Positions 27,626 through 37,236 of a stretch of DNA of 64,000 bases are shown piece by piece; positions within the stretch are counted from its first letter, which is position 1, and each line of letters opens with the position of its first letter. This DNA is from a virus. The DNA lies in IMG/VR virus record IMGVR_UViG_3300012940_000022, positions 1-64,000 of that record. The stretch is one strand, 5' to 3'. The position numbers and the translations under genes are program-made. Below the pieces are notes generated by a model. That model was not told the DNA's origin, ran no database searches, and worked only from the letters and a program-made list of their open reading frames with translations.

Positions 27626-28063
27626 ATGACCAGACGCCGCGGTCGCCCGCCGAAATACGGGCCAGAGATCCATAAGCAGATTTGCGACTCGCTCGCGCTC
27701 GGCATGAGTCGGACGACCGCCGCTGAACTCGCGGGTATTGACCGGGGTACGCTCAACGAGTGGGCGGGAATGCCACCCGAATGGGACGGAAAATACCCAG
27801 CATTTTCCAACGATGTCCGCCTGGCGATTGCGAAAGCCAAGCGCCGCGCCACCGTCACGATCACCAACGCGATCCAAAAGGGTGACGTGGCGGCCGCGTT
27901 CCGCTACCTCGCCCTGCAGGAACGCCACGAGTGGCAAGAGACGAAGCAAGTCGACATCCGCGTGCAGATTGAGGATGCGGCGAAGAAGGTCGCCGATGAG
28001 ACAGGGCTCTCGATCGAGGAAGTGTTAGCGGAGGCTGAGGCGATCATGCGAGGTGTGGCATGA
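27626..28063 (+). CDS. terS: Terminase small subunit
   Basis: GRPPKY...ICDSLALGMSRTTAAELAGIDRGTLNEW; immediately upstream of TerL. Confidence 0.8.
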   Translation: MTRRRGRPPKYGPEIHKQICDSLALGMSRTTAAELAGIDRGTLNEWAGMPPEWDGKYPAFSNDVRLAIAKAKRRATVTITNAIQKGDVAAAFRYLALQERHEWQETKQVDIRVQIEDAAKKVADETGLSIEEVLAEAEAIMRGVA

Positions 28064-29619
28064 ACTCCTCGCCCGCAATGCTCAGCGCTATCGGCTTGGT
28101 CGCGGTACGCCATCGCCACCAGCAGCGGCGCCAGGCTGAGCTCGCCGCTGATCCGCTGGACTGGATCGCCGCGAACTTCAGCGGCTACCTCTGGCCGCCG
28201 TACGCGCCGTATCACACCGAGTACTGGCAGTGGCTCTGGGCGATCGAAGCAGATCATCCAGCCGCGCCGTACGTGATGGTCTGGCCGCGTGGGTTTGCCA
28301 AGAGCACGAGCGTGGAGGTCGGGTGCGCGGCGCTGGCTGCGCGCGGGACTCGCAATTACTGTCTCTACGTAAGCTCTACACAGAACCAAGCGGACGGTCA
28401 CGTGGCCAGCGTGGCCGCCATGCTTGAGTCCGAGCAATTCGAGAAGAACTACCCGCGCGTTGCCCGACGGAAGTTGAGCAAATACGGACACTCACGGGGC
28501 TGGCGCCGGAACCGGCTCCGTACCGCGTCCGGATTCACAATCGACGCGATGGGGCTCGACACCGGAGCACGCGGAATAAAAGTGGAAACGAATCGACCGG
28601 ACTATATTCTGTTCGATGACGTCGATGAGTTGTTCGATGGCCCTGCCGCCGTCGCGAAGAAGATCGAAACCATCACGCAAACGATCTTGCCAGCCCGCGC
28701 CAAACACGCCGCCGTTCTCATAGCTCAGAACCTCATTCACGAAGACGGCGTTGTTGCACGGCTGGCGGATGGTCGCGCCGATTTCCTCGCCGATCGCATC
28801 GTCTCGGGACCCCATCCCGCGATCGCGAACCTCGTCGTCGAAGAGGTCAACGGGAAGCAGACGATCGTCTCCGGCGTGCCGACGTGGGATGCGGTGACGA
28901 TCCCTGAATTGCAGAAAGAACTTGACGACATCGGCTTGACTGCGTTCGTGCGCGAGAAGCAACACGAGGTCGGCAACATCGAGGGCGGCATCTTCGGGCA
29001 TGTCCATTTCCGCCACTGCACCTGGGACGAGCTGCCGGCGATGGAGCGCATCGTCGTCGCGGTCGATCCGGCCGTGACCGACAAAGACGGCAGCGACGCG
29101 CACGGCATCCAGGCGGACGGCCTCGGGGTCGATGACGATGTCTACCGCCTCTACAGCTGGGAAAGCCGCACCTCGCCCAAGGATTCGATGCGGCGGGCCA
29201 TCCTGAAGGCGGTCGAGCTCGGCGCCGATACGGTTGTCGTCGAGACCGATCAGGGCGGTGATACCTGGGAGATCGTCTACAACGACGTTTGGGATGAACT
29301 CGTTGCAGACCCGGACGTGCCGCAAATCACCGCGGACACGTTCAAGCCTGCGTACAAAGAAAACAAGGCTGGCAGCGTCGGATCGAAGGCGATGCGCGCC
29401 AATCTCATGCTCGCCGACTATGACCGCGCCCAGTTCGTGCATGTTATCGGCACGCACCTCACGCTCGAAAAAGCGCTCAAGCGCTACCTGAAACGCAAAC
29501 CGTACGACTTAGTCGATGCGGGTTTCTGGTCATGGCGGGAGCTTCGGAATCCGGACGAGGAACCGGGGCTGCCGGTCTACACCGCGCGAGGAAAGGATGG
29601 TCGCAGTGTCCGAACATAG
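28060..29619 (+). CDS. terL: Terminase large subunit
   Basis: PRGFAKST Walker A, RPDYILFDDVD Walker B, VAVDPA nuclease motif, ETDQGG, DLVDA. Confidence 0.92.
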   Translation: MNSSPAMLSAIGLVAVRHRHQQRRQAELAADPLDWIAANFSGYLWPPYAPYHTEYWQWLWAIEADHPAAPYVMVWPRGFAKSTSVEVGCAALAARGTRNYCLYVSSTQNQADGHVASVAAMLESEQFEKNYPRVARRKLSKYGHSRGWRRNRLRTASGFTIDAMGLDTGARGIKVETNRPDYILFDDVDELFDGPAAVAKKIETITQTILPARAKHAAVLIAQNLIHEDGVVARLADGRADFLADRIVSGPHPAIANLVVEEVNGKQTIVSGVPTWDAVTIPELQKELDDIGLTAFVREKQHEVGNIEGGIFGHVHFRHCTWDELPAMERIVVAVDPAVTDKDGSDAHGIQADGLGVDDDVYRLYSWESRTSPKDSMRRAILKAVELGADTVVVETDQGGDTWEIVYNDVWDELVADPDVPQITADTFKPAYKENKAGSVGSKAMRANLMLADYDRAQFVHVIGTHLTLEKALKRYLKRKPYDLVDAGFWSWRELRNPDEEPGLPVYTARGKDGRSVRT

Positions 29620-29869
29620 CGAAGCCGTGCACGCGTTCGATGAGTTGCGATCAACCGGCTTGCTTTGGCTGATCAATACATCGGTGCTCCACCCGCGCGG
29701 GTTTGCGCTCGCCCTTGTCTACAAGACGAATGAAACCGGAGAGCGGGAGCCGATCGGTTGGAAGCTCGTTGGCGACGGCACGGAAGCGTGGACATTCGGT
29801 GACGACATTGATGAGCCTTTCGCGTTGGTGAGTGACCTGCTCAAACCACGTGGGGGCACGTCGTCATGA
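29597..29869 (+). CDS. Conserved phage hypothetical protein
   Basis: ELRSTGLLWLINTSVLHPRGFALA motif. Confidence 0.65.
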   Translation: MVAVSEHSEAVHAFDELRSTGLLWLINTSVLHPRGFALALVYKTNETGEREPIGWKLVGDGTEAWTFGDDIDEPFALVSDLLKPRGGTSS

Positions 29870-30498
29870 TCGAACAATATCTCCGCGCCTGGGATATCGC
29901 AGAGCGGGTCGCTCGGCAGATGGGATGGCCGCTGGGTGAGGTCCTGGGATATTGCGGGCCGCGATTCTACGACGCAGAACTCGATGTCTGCCGTCGAAAC
30001 CGAATAAGTCACGAAGACCCGAGCGGAGCGCTGGAGGTATACGAAGAGCTTGCTCAACGCGGCGATCTGGTTTGGGCATTCTGGGAAAATCGCCCGCCCG
30101 GCGGATGGCTATCCGATGAGGATGCGGCACGGCGTTGCTGCATATTGGTGAGTGATCTCGTTATCGCCGGCCAAACTTCCATTCTTTTCGTTGATCATGG
30201 ACTCGAAGTCCGACTGCTCATGCTTGACAGTGCGTCCTCTCCTCACATGTCGGCAGAGTTTGGCAAGCCGTCGCGCTATGACACCCAGCTTGCTGGATCA
30301 TCACTGTGTATTTGGGCGACTCTCGAACGCTGCTGTGCGTATGCCTCCACGCGCGCGCTAGCCCGATCCATTGATGCCGTGACTGACGGCGCAATCTCCC
30401 ACCTCTTCGCGGAGCAGTGCGTTGTCTCATCCGTTGAATGTGCTCGTGATCGCCTCTACAACCACTGGTTCGGCCGCGAAGGCGAGGTGCTGCCGTGA
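29866..30498 (+). CDS. Hypothetical protein
   Basis: ATGA coupling. Confidence 0.55.
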   Translation: MIEQYLRAWDIAERVARQMGWPLGEVLGYCGPRFYDAELDVCRRNRISHEDPSGALEVYEELAQRGDLVWAFWENRPPGGWLSDEDAARRCCILVSDLVIAGQTSILFVDHGLEVRLLMLDSASSPHMSAEFGKPSRYDTQLAGSSLCIWATLERCCAYASTRALARSIDAVTDGAISHLFAEQCVVSSVECARDRLYNHWFGREGEVLP

Positions 30499-30842
30499 TG
30501 GACTCGCTCGGGCACTGGTGCTTTGCCTGCACGATATGGGATCTGGCTTGGCTGCTCGTGATGATCATTGTGTGCATCACCGCGGCTAGCTGGATCGGCA
30601 TGCGCTTCGCGATGTCGCTCAATATCGTCGGTTGGTTCGCCTGGTATCTACTCAGTTATGGGCTAGGCTCGGCGATCCGTCACACCGCAATCATCCTCGT
30701 CATCGGTTGGCTCCTCGGCTGGTTCCGCGATGACGACAACGATCGGACACGCCGGCGCCGAGCAAGACTCAAGGCGAAGGTCATCGGACAATGGGACGCA
30801 CTCCGCGCCCGCCTGTTTGGTGTCCCGGAGGTGTCGCCGTGA
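30495..30842 (+). CDS. Membrane protein (about 3 TM, charged C-terminus; holin-like topology)
   Basis: Three hydrophobic stretches followed by DDDNDRTRRRRARLK. Confidence 0.55.
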   Translation: MMDSLGHWCFACTIWDLAWLLVMIIVCITAASWIGMRFAMSLNIVGWFAWYLLSYGLGSAIRHTAIILVIGWLLGWFRDDDNDRTRRRRARLKAKVIGQWDALRARLFGVPEVSP

Positions 30843-31189
30843 ACGATGCCCTCGGCCCTCGCACCCGCCAGGTGCTCTATTTACGCGTTGCCGGCTACAC
30901 CGGCCCGATGATCGCGGAAACCCTCGGCATGCCCCGGCGCACAGTCTACAAACACCTGCAGAAGCTCCGCCGCACCTTCCTCCCGGGCCTGAGCTCGACC
31001 GATGCACCGTCGAATGTCAATCGCGGCTTTCTCATGGCCTACGTCCTCGGGGCGCTTGATGCCGGCGCGACGATTCGGGAAATTCGCGAACAGCTCGACA
31101 TCATGCAAGAGCGCGTCACGCAGGCGCCGGCGGCCATGCGGAGCAAGCAGCCGGACCTCGACGCGGAGCAGTGGCAGATTGGTGGGTGA
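30839..31189 (+). CDS. sigma70 region 4/LuxR-like HTH protein
   Basis: LGPRTRQVLYLRVAGYTGPMIAETLGMPRRTVYKHLQKLR. Confidence 0.7.
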   Translation: MNDALGPRTRQVLYLRVAGYTGPMIAETLGMPRRTVYKHLQKLRRTFLPGLSSTDAPSNVNRGFLMAYVLGALDAGATIREIREQLDIMQERVTQAPAAMRSKQPDLDAEQWQIGG

Positions 31190-31373
31190 GCCGCATATCC
31201 GGCAACGCCTCGGCTGGCTGCGCCCGCAATGCTGACTCCGGGCCGCTCGCCGATCGCTCAGAGCGACCTCAATGCATGCGCTTACACCACGTAACGAGCG
31301 CGTGCAGCGTATGCTTCCGACGTACGCGACGATCACCGTGATCGCCGAGGTGGGCGAATGCCAGGGAGCATAG

Positions 31374-31781
31374 GTGGAATCGCTGTCCGAATCGAACCCC
31401 CCGCACATCGTTGTCATCAATGCTGAAGCGGAATTTCTCAAGGTGGTGCGGGTCCTGCTCGCCGACGAGGGCTTTGACGTCACGACGTTGCATGTGGACG
31501 AGTCGCCGTTTGACGTCATCATCGAGGCGAGCCCGACCGTAATCGTGCTCGATTTCGTCTACGAGCGCCCCGAGGGATGGAATCTCCTTGCCCTGTTGGA
31601 TGAGGACGAGCGCACACGAACGATTCCGCTCCTCGCGACATCCACGGACGCGCGCATAGTCGAACAGGTGATCGAACTTTCTTCGCATCGGATCCGCAAG
31701 GCGCTGCTCGTCAAGCCAGCCGAGCTCGACGATCTGCTCATCGCCGTGCACGACCTCTGCGGACAGTTGTCTCCCCAGTAA
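31374..31781 (+). CDS. Stand-alone response regulator receiver domain
   Basis: IVVIN..EFL, PTVIVLDF (phospho-Asp), GWNLL, TRTIPLLATS, VKP; AGGGAG RBS. Confidence 0.85.
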   Translation: MESLSESNPPHIVVINAEAEFLKVVRVLLADEGFDVTTLHVDESPFDVIIEASPTVIVLDFVYERPEGWNLLALLDEDERTRTIPLLATSTDARIVEQVIELSSHRIRKALLVKPAELDDLLIAVHDLCGQLSPQ

Positions 31782-31844
31782 CGCGCGTGGTTTCGATCTT
31801 GCAGGATGGCGGCCGAACTCGCTTGTATTCGCGAGAGGACGAAG

Positions 31845-32072
31845 ATGTCGACGCCACCCAGCAGCTCCGTGACCACGCTCCTTCACGAAGCCCTTCGCGC
31901 GCTCACCGTGGCCAGTGCGCAGGTTCAGCTCGCGGATCGCTTGCTCAATGCTCCGAAGCATTCCGACGGTGATGTTCAACGGATCTCCGAATACGTGGAC
32001 TCCGCAGGAGCGCGCATAAAGGAGACGGTTGCCATCCTCCGCAATCTCGAGTCGCGGCTTGCCGACCCGTGA
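31845..32072 (+). CDS. Small HisKA/DHp-like helical protein
   Basis: LLHEALRALTVASAQVQLADRLL resembles the H-box; no ATPase domain. Confidence 0.5.
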   Translation: MSTPPSSSVTTLLHEALRALTVASAQVQLADRLLNAPKHSDGDVQRISEYVDSAGARIKETVAILRNLESRLADP

Positions 32073-32109
32073 CGGCTTGCGCGCCGCGCCCATGCGACGA
32101 TGACCCGGG

Positions 32110-32158
32110 AAAAGTGCCCCACGCCGTACCCGAGCGTGCCAGATTGCACCGGTAAACT
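32110..32158 (+). promoter_or_regulatory. AAAAGTGCCCC motif plus -10 TAAACT upstream of portal
   Basis: Motif 32110-32120; TAAACT 32153-32158. Confidence 0.5.
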
Positions 32159-32177
32159 CCGAGCAACGACCGGCTGA

Positions 32178-32223
32178 TGACGCCGGGTGACGCGGAGTGA
32201 CGCAGGGTGGAGATGCTTGACGC
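32178..32223 (+). repeat. TGACGC direct repeats in 10-bp phase over the portal start
   Basis: Copies at 32178, 32188, 32198 and 32218. Confidence 0.7.
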
Positions 32224-33958
32224 GCGAACGGCAAGGCAGCGGAGCGTGCGCGAACTGACGGCCGCCGGCCGGACCGTGAGCCAGATCGCCGATCAACTGC
32301 GTATCTCCCCTTCGACGGTTCGCCGCGATCTGACCGCGCGATCCACCGATCCGGAAGAACCGCTCCCCAAAGTCTCCAAACGGCAGAAGGTTGTTGCCGA
32401 TTCCCCGTATCGCGGCTTCACCCCGACACCGTTCGTCGTACTGCAGCCGCCGACCGCCGATCAGCAAGCCTGGACTAAGCTCGATCTTTCCGGCGAAACG
32501 CTGCGCAATCTCGACCCGGCGAAGCTCTACGACATCCTGCGCACCGTCTCGCCCGATGTCTCGCGTGCCGTCTGGGATTACCTGCGCCTGCTCGATCCGG
32601 GGCATGAGATCACCGTCTTCCGGCCCGGCACCGAGAGGCCCTATCCGGAAGGGCAAGCCAAACTCAACGCGTTCACCGGCACGCTGAAGCAACGTTACGG
32701 CAGTATGAAGGTCATCACCGGCCGGCTCTTCATGGGTGCGCTGACCCGCGGCGCGTTGTTTGCCGAGCTGGTACTCGATGACGCCGGGCGCAATCCGGTC
32801 GACCTTGTCGTGCCCGATCCCCTCAGCGTCAGGTTTCGCCAGGCGGACGACCCGGAGCTCGGCACGCGCTGGGAAATGGTGCAATGGCAGGCGAAGGAGG
32901 GCTGGAAGAACATCGAGCGGGAGACCGTCGTCTACATCCCGATCGATCCAGCGCCGGCTTCCCCGTATGGCATTGCCCCGATCGCGCCGGCCGTCTTCCC
33001 GGCCCTGTTCTTGATCGGCCTGCTCGGGGACATCCGTCGCGTCATCGCCCAGCAGGGCTATCCCCGCACCGACCTCGAAATCCAGCTCGACGGCATTCTC
33101 AAGATGCTCGGGCCGAATCCGACGATGGACAAGATCAAGAAGGCCACCAGGGAAATCCTGAATGAGGTGATGGCGGAGTACGCCGGTTTGGAACCGGATG
33201 ACGCCTACGGCCACACCGATGCGGTCAAGGTCAACATGGCGCCGGGGGCGATTGATGCGTCGTCGCTGCGCGGGGTCGAGCCGGTGATTGCTGCGCTTGA
33301 GCGGATGCTGGTCAAGGCCTTGAAGACCATGCCGCTGATGATGGGGGCGACCGACAACACCAGCGAGGCGAATGCGAACCGGCAGTGGGAGATTTACGCG
33401 GCCGGCATCAAATCGCTGCAACAACTCGCGGAGGCGTTGCTTGAACGGCTCTTTACGCTGGCGCTCCAGGTACAGGGAGTCGCTGCCACAGTCCGAGTGC
33501 GCTTTGCCGAACTCCGCGCGGCGGAGGAACTGAGAGACGAGTTGACACTCGCGCAGAAGCTGGGTAACGCCGAGAACATGGAACGGCTCGGCTTCGTCGA
33601 TCACGACGAAGCGTCGCAGCATGCGGTTGGCCACAAAGCGACCGGCACGGTTTCGACCGCACCTTCTAAGGCAGAAGCGCCGGCAACCGGCACACCGGCG
33701 GGCGAGACCCCGGAACCGCTGAATAACGCCGCATCTGCCAAGCGAGCCAAGAGCGCCGTCGAAAAGGTCGAGCCGGCCGATGCGGACGAGCCGCTTCCTC
33801 CCCTCCCCGATCCGGAAATCAGTGACGACGATATCGATCGGGCGCTCGATACCTGGGATACCGCCATTCCGGACTATGCCGGGCTTCTCGACGCTGACGT
33901 CATCAACGACGATGAGGGAAGTGATAACGAACTCGACGCCGACGAGGACGGCGAATGA
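32207..33958 (+). CDS. Portal protein with N-terminal HTH
   Basis: Position after TerL; PYGIAPIAPA...QGYPRTD...ALKTMPLMMG...TSEANANRQ; N-terminal GRTVSQIADQLRISPSTVRRDL. Confidence 0.8.
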   Translation: MEMLDARTARQRSVRELTAAGRTVSQIADQLRISPSTVRRDLTARSTDPEEPLPKVSKRQKVVADSPYRGFTPTPFVVLQPPTADQQAWTKLDLSGETLRNLDPAKLYDILRTVSPDVSRAVWDYLRLLDPGHEITVFRPGTERPYPEGQAKLNAFTGTLKQRYGSMKVITGRLFMGALTRGALFAELVLDDAGRNPVDLVVPDPLSVRFRQADDPELGTRWEMVQWQAKEGWKNIERETVVYIPIDPAPASPYGIAPIAPAVFPALFLIGLLGDIRRVIAQQGYPRTDLEIQLDGILKMLGPNPTMDKIKKATREILNEVMAEYAGLEPDDAYGHTDAVKVNMAPGAIDASSLRGVEPVIAALERMLVKALKTMPLMMGATDNTSEANANRQWEIYAAGIKSLQQLAEALLERLFTLALQVQGVAATVRVRFAELRAAEELRDELTLAQKLGNAENMERLGFVDHDEASQHAVGHKATGTVSTAPSKAEAPATGTPAGETPEPLNNAASAKRAKSAVEKVEPADADEPLPPLPDPEISDDDIDRALDTWDTAIPDYAGLLDADVINDDEGSDNELDADEDGE

Positions 33959-34342
33959 AGGCCTTGGCGGAATCGAAACATTCCGTCCCATCTCTCTGCG
34001 GCCGCAACACTGCCAATCACCATCGAGGGCAAACAGTGCGGCTGACTGCAATCATCACGAATGCCGATGCGCCGGGTGAGGCGAATAACTACAGGTTCGG
34101 CGCGGCCCGTTTCTGTAGGAGGAAGTGGGTCAGTTTTGACCCAGTCGTCCAAAGATGGCTTCGTATCCTGTTTACAACGAAGAGTCGGTCCGCCTCGGCA
34201 GGAGCGCCGGCATGTCTGACACCCACAGTAAGAGTATTCACGGTATCAACGCCTGTGGATCGAGTGGGACACCTCTTCTCGCCAGCGGCGGCTGTTCGCG
34301 AACGTGGGGTTACCACAGACCGTAGAGGATGGTACAGCAGCA

Positions 34343-35866
34343 ATGCCTACGTACGAGCCTGCTACCGCAACGGAGGTCGCTGCCGTCATTGCGTCGATCG
34401 TTGAAGATGGGACGGTGCCACCTGGTTTCGCATTCAGCGTCCAGTGGAATCCACCGGTGCGGCGAGTCGTGCTGGGCGATGGAATCACGTCGGCAGAGCC
34501 GCCCATTGCCGGATTGGTGCGCGCGGTCATCGATGAGCCGAGCACGGCCACGAAAGCCACAATCAATTCCGCCGTATCCTCGGTCCTTTCCGATGACGGG
34601 AGCCTAGCGCAACTATCGGTGCGCGATCTGATCATCGATCAGTTGACGCAGGCCATCATCGATTCCGCGACCGATATTGCTGAGGAGGCGATTGAAAACG
34701 CCGTCGTCGGACTCGATCTCGTTGCCGCCAATCCCAGCTTTGATCAGGACATCGGATTTGTTGTGGCCGATCAGAACGGCCGTGCCACCTCGTTGATTCT
34801 GCGACGAGACGGCAACCTCCACGATTACGCCGTCGACCAATGGAGTCAGCGGCTCGCGTCTGCGGTAATGAGTGCCTACGGCATTGAGGCGATCAACGAA
34901 ACGGTGTCCGGCTATGCCGTCGTCGTCACGAATGACGACGGGCAAATCGCCTGGGGCATTCAGATGGACGGCACCGGCGGGGGTGCAGGGACCGGGAGTG
35001 CCGCGAGCCCCACCCTTTACCCGGATCTGAATTGGGCGCACTGGACGGACTCACTGGGCGGTGGCCTGGCGACGAGACTCGCGGCCTACACGGGGCGAGA
35101 TCACTACGACGGCGGTGTGGGCGGACAGCAATCGAGTCACGTAGCGGCCCGCATGGGAGCGTTGCCACCGCTAGTGACCGTGGCCGGTAACGAAATCCCG
35201 GCGAGCGGATCGGTCACCATTACGGCGATCGTGCGGCCGCCGATCAGGTGGGAAGTGACTGATACGCCACCCGGGAGCACCCTGGCCGTTTCAGGCAGTC
35301 TCACGGCCGCAGACGGGACCGTCGTGCAGGGCACGATTCAGCAGGCGAGCGGAACCTTCAGCTTCACCCGTACGAATCCCGGCGACGCCGTCACGCTGGT
35401 CCCCAAGACGAAATTCATACCGACGTATGGCGCTGCGCACATCAACCGCCACCAATTGATCATCGCCGGCCGGAACAGCATGTCGCTTGCCGACAACCGG
35501 CGGGTGGCACAGGACGTGGTGGCGATGTTGCACCACCACACCGCCGTGCAAGGGCGTACGATTCTGTGCGATGTGCCGCAAGGTGCATCAGATGGATCGA
35601 CGACCGTCGCGACGGTCACTGACTGGAATACCGTGTGGCTGCCACGCATCGCGCCGGGCCAGTACTTCCCCCTTTTCGCGAAGCTTCGGACACCCGAAGC
35701 CGCATCGACGGCCGGCATTACCTTCACGTCGCAGGACAACGCCGACATCGCCGCCGGTCTGACCCCGACATCGTTCCGGGCTGACGATCTGCACCTGAAC
35801 GCCCTTGGCCAAGACGTTGCCGCAGCGTTTCTCTACCAAGAGATGCAAACACGAGGATGGTTGTGA
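34343..35866 (+). CDS. SGNH/GDSL esterase-domain virion-associated (tail-spike-like) protein
   Basis: WTDSLG (block I), GVGGQQS (II), AGRNS (III), DDLHLN (V). Confidence 0.7.
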   Translation: MPTYEPATATEVAAVIASIVEDGTVPPGFAFSVQWNPPVRRVVLGDGITSAEPPIAGLVRAVIDEPSTATKATINSAVSSVLSDDGSLAQLSVRDLIIDQLTQAIIDSATDIAEEAIENAVVGLDLVAANPSFDQDIGFVVADQNGRATSLILRRDGNLHDYAVDQWSQRLASAVMSAYGIEAINETVSGYAVVVTNDDGQIAWGIQMDGTGGGAGTGSAASPTLYPDLNWAHWTDSLGGGLATRLAAYTGRDHYDGGVGGQQSSHVAARMGALPPLVTVAGNEIPASGSVTITAIVRPPIRWEVTDTPPGSTLAVSGSLTAADGTVVQGTIQQASGTFSFTRTNPGDAVTLVPKTKFIPTYGAAHINRHQLIIAGRNSMSLADNRRVAQDVVAMLHHHTAVQGRTILCDVPQGASDGSTTVATVTDWNTVWLPRIAPGQYFPLFAKLRTPEAASTAGITFTSQDNADIAAGLTPTSFRADDLHLNALGQDVAAAFLYQEMQTRGWL

Positions 35867-36792
35867 TGAGTGGTCTTCGCATTATCGTGCCCGGACTGAC
35901 GCTCCCGGTAGATGCGCCGCGACTGGTGCAAGTTGACCCGATCGAGACGGACGGGTCGCTCCTTCTGGTCGAGCCGATGCCCCTTGACGAGTCGAAACAG
36001 TGGGCTGCTGGCGTTCCAGCGAGTGGATCGCTGCTCCGGAACCTGCTTGCCGATAAGGCGCTCGCGGTCTACGGATCTGGTGTTGAAGCCGATGTCTCGC
36101 CCTCGATTGTCTACGCGAACCTCGATAACGTGCGGGGCAAGGTTGAGCGCAGCGCCAAGGGCGGACTGCACGTCATCCTGTCTCAGGACGATGCGCGGGT
36201 CGCGGACACGAACGATCCGTATCTCGGCATGCTCCATACCGCCAAATTTCGCGAATGGATGTATTTGCACCCCGATCACGATCTCTATGTTTCGATGTGG
36301 GTGTGGCTCACACGGATTCAGCGCCTCGGAACGGTGGCCGGGACGTATACGGGGAACAGCGCGAACTATCTCTACGTGCTTCGCGCCGGGTCCTCCAACC
36401 AGCGAATACGGTTTGGTGGAAGCAATCCCGTCGGAAACGACCTCGGGGGGCGCAACGACGTTGCGGCCGCAGTCGGGCCGAAGCTTTTGAACTCCGCGAG
36501 CGCCGCGTGGGGAACTAACCCGGCCAGCGCGTCCGCAACCAACGATTACGGTGTGACTTTGGGCGCATACCCCGGCAGTCAGGGAACGCTGATCTCAGCA
36601 CCGAGCACCGCGCAGGCGCGGTGGCCGTCCTACGTGGTGTATCGCTGGTACGTGGAAGACCTAACAGTGAGCGGTCGCACCTACGCCCAGGTGGACGCCC
36701 TCGACCTAGCGCTCTATACCAAAGAGGTCCTGACGGCTGGCGGGCGCTACTACGGCGACACTGTGCCGACCGATCCGGCGACGATCCCATAA
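35866..36792 (+). CDS. Beta-rich putative minor structural/lectin-like protein
   Basis: TGATG-coupled to the SGNH gene; Gly/Thr/Asn/aromatic-rich. Confidence 0.6.
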   Translation: MSGLRIIVPGLTLPVDAPRLVQVDPIETDGSLLLVEPMPLDESKQWAAGVPASGSLLRNLLADKALAVYGSGVEADVSPSIVYANLDNVRGKVERSAKGGLHVILSQDDARVADTNDPYLGMLHTAKFREWMYLHPDHDLYVSMWVWLTRIQRLGTVAGTYTGNSANYLYVLRAGSSNQRIRFGGSNPVGNDLGGRNDVAAAVGPKLLNSASAAWGTNPASASATNDYGVTLGAYPGSQGTLISAPSTAQARWPSYVVYRWYVEDLTVSGRTYAQVDALDLALYTKEVLTAGGRYYGDTVPTDPATIP

Positions 36793-36802
36793 GGAGGTGA
36801 AT

Positions 36803-37234
36803 ATGTCAGACGACGTTATGAGGATGAATTCCGGTCTTTTCGAGGGATCACGCGGCCAGCGCAACGTCGGTGTGACGGGATGTCCTATTTCGGATAGGGA
36901 GGACATCGTCATCGGGACATTCCCCGCTCCCGACTTCGTCGACGTTGCGATGGCGCATCGCTTCGGGGATGTCGTTGCATTTTGGGCGCATGGCGAGCAC
37001 GGAACACTGCGGCGCATCCCAGCGATGCTCACTCGAAATCCCGTCGTGCTTGTGAACGAAGCAAACGACGGAATCGAGGTGGTAGCATCACTCGTGATAT
37101 TCGATCCGCAGCACTTCAGCTCAGACGGGATGAGGTCGGAGGTCATTTGCCGATTTTCTGCGAACCCCGATTATCCGGTCGCTGATCGGTGGAGTCCAAG
37201 GAGTGGCCCTTATTCTTTCGAGGAACGTAAGTGA
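36803..37234 (+). CDS. Hypothetical protein
   Basis: AAGGAGGTG RBS. Confidence 0.6.
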   Translation: MSDDVMRMNSGLFEGSRGQRNVGVTGCPISDREDIVIGTFPAPDFVDVAMAHRFGDVVAFWAHGEHGTLRRIPAMLTRNPVVLVNEANDGIEVVASLVIFDPQHFSSDGMRSEVICRFSANPDYPVADRWSPRSGPYSFEERK

Positions 37235-37236
37235 TC

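Noticed and set aside
30495-30842. Holin call for the membrane protein
   Set aside because: No endolysin nearby and topology alone is insufficient; left as a membrane protein.
31976-34051. 691-aa minus-strand ORF
   Set aside because: Antisense shadow of the portal gene.
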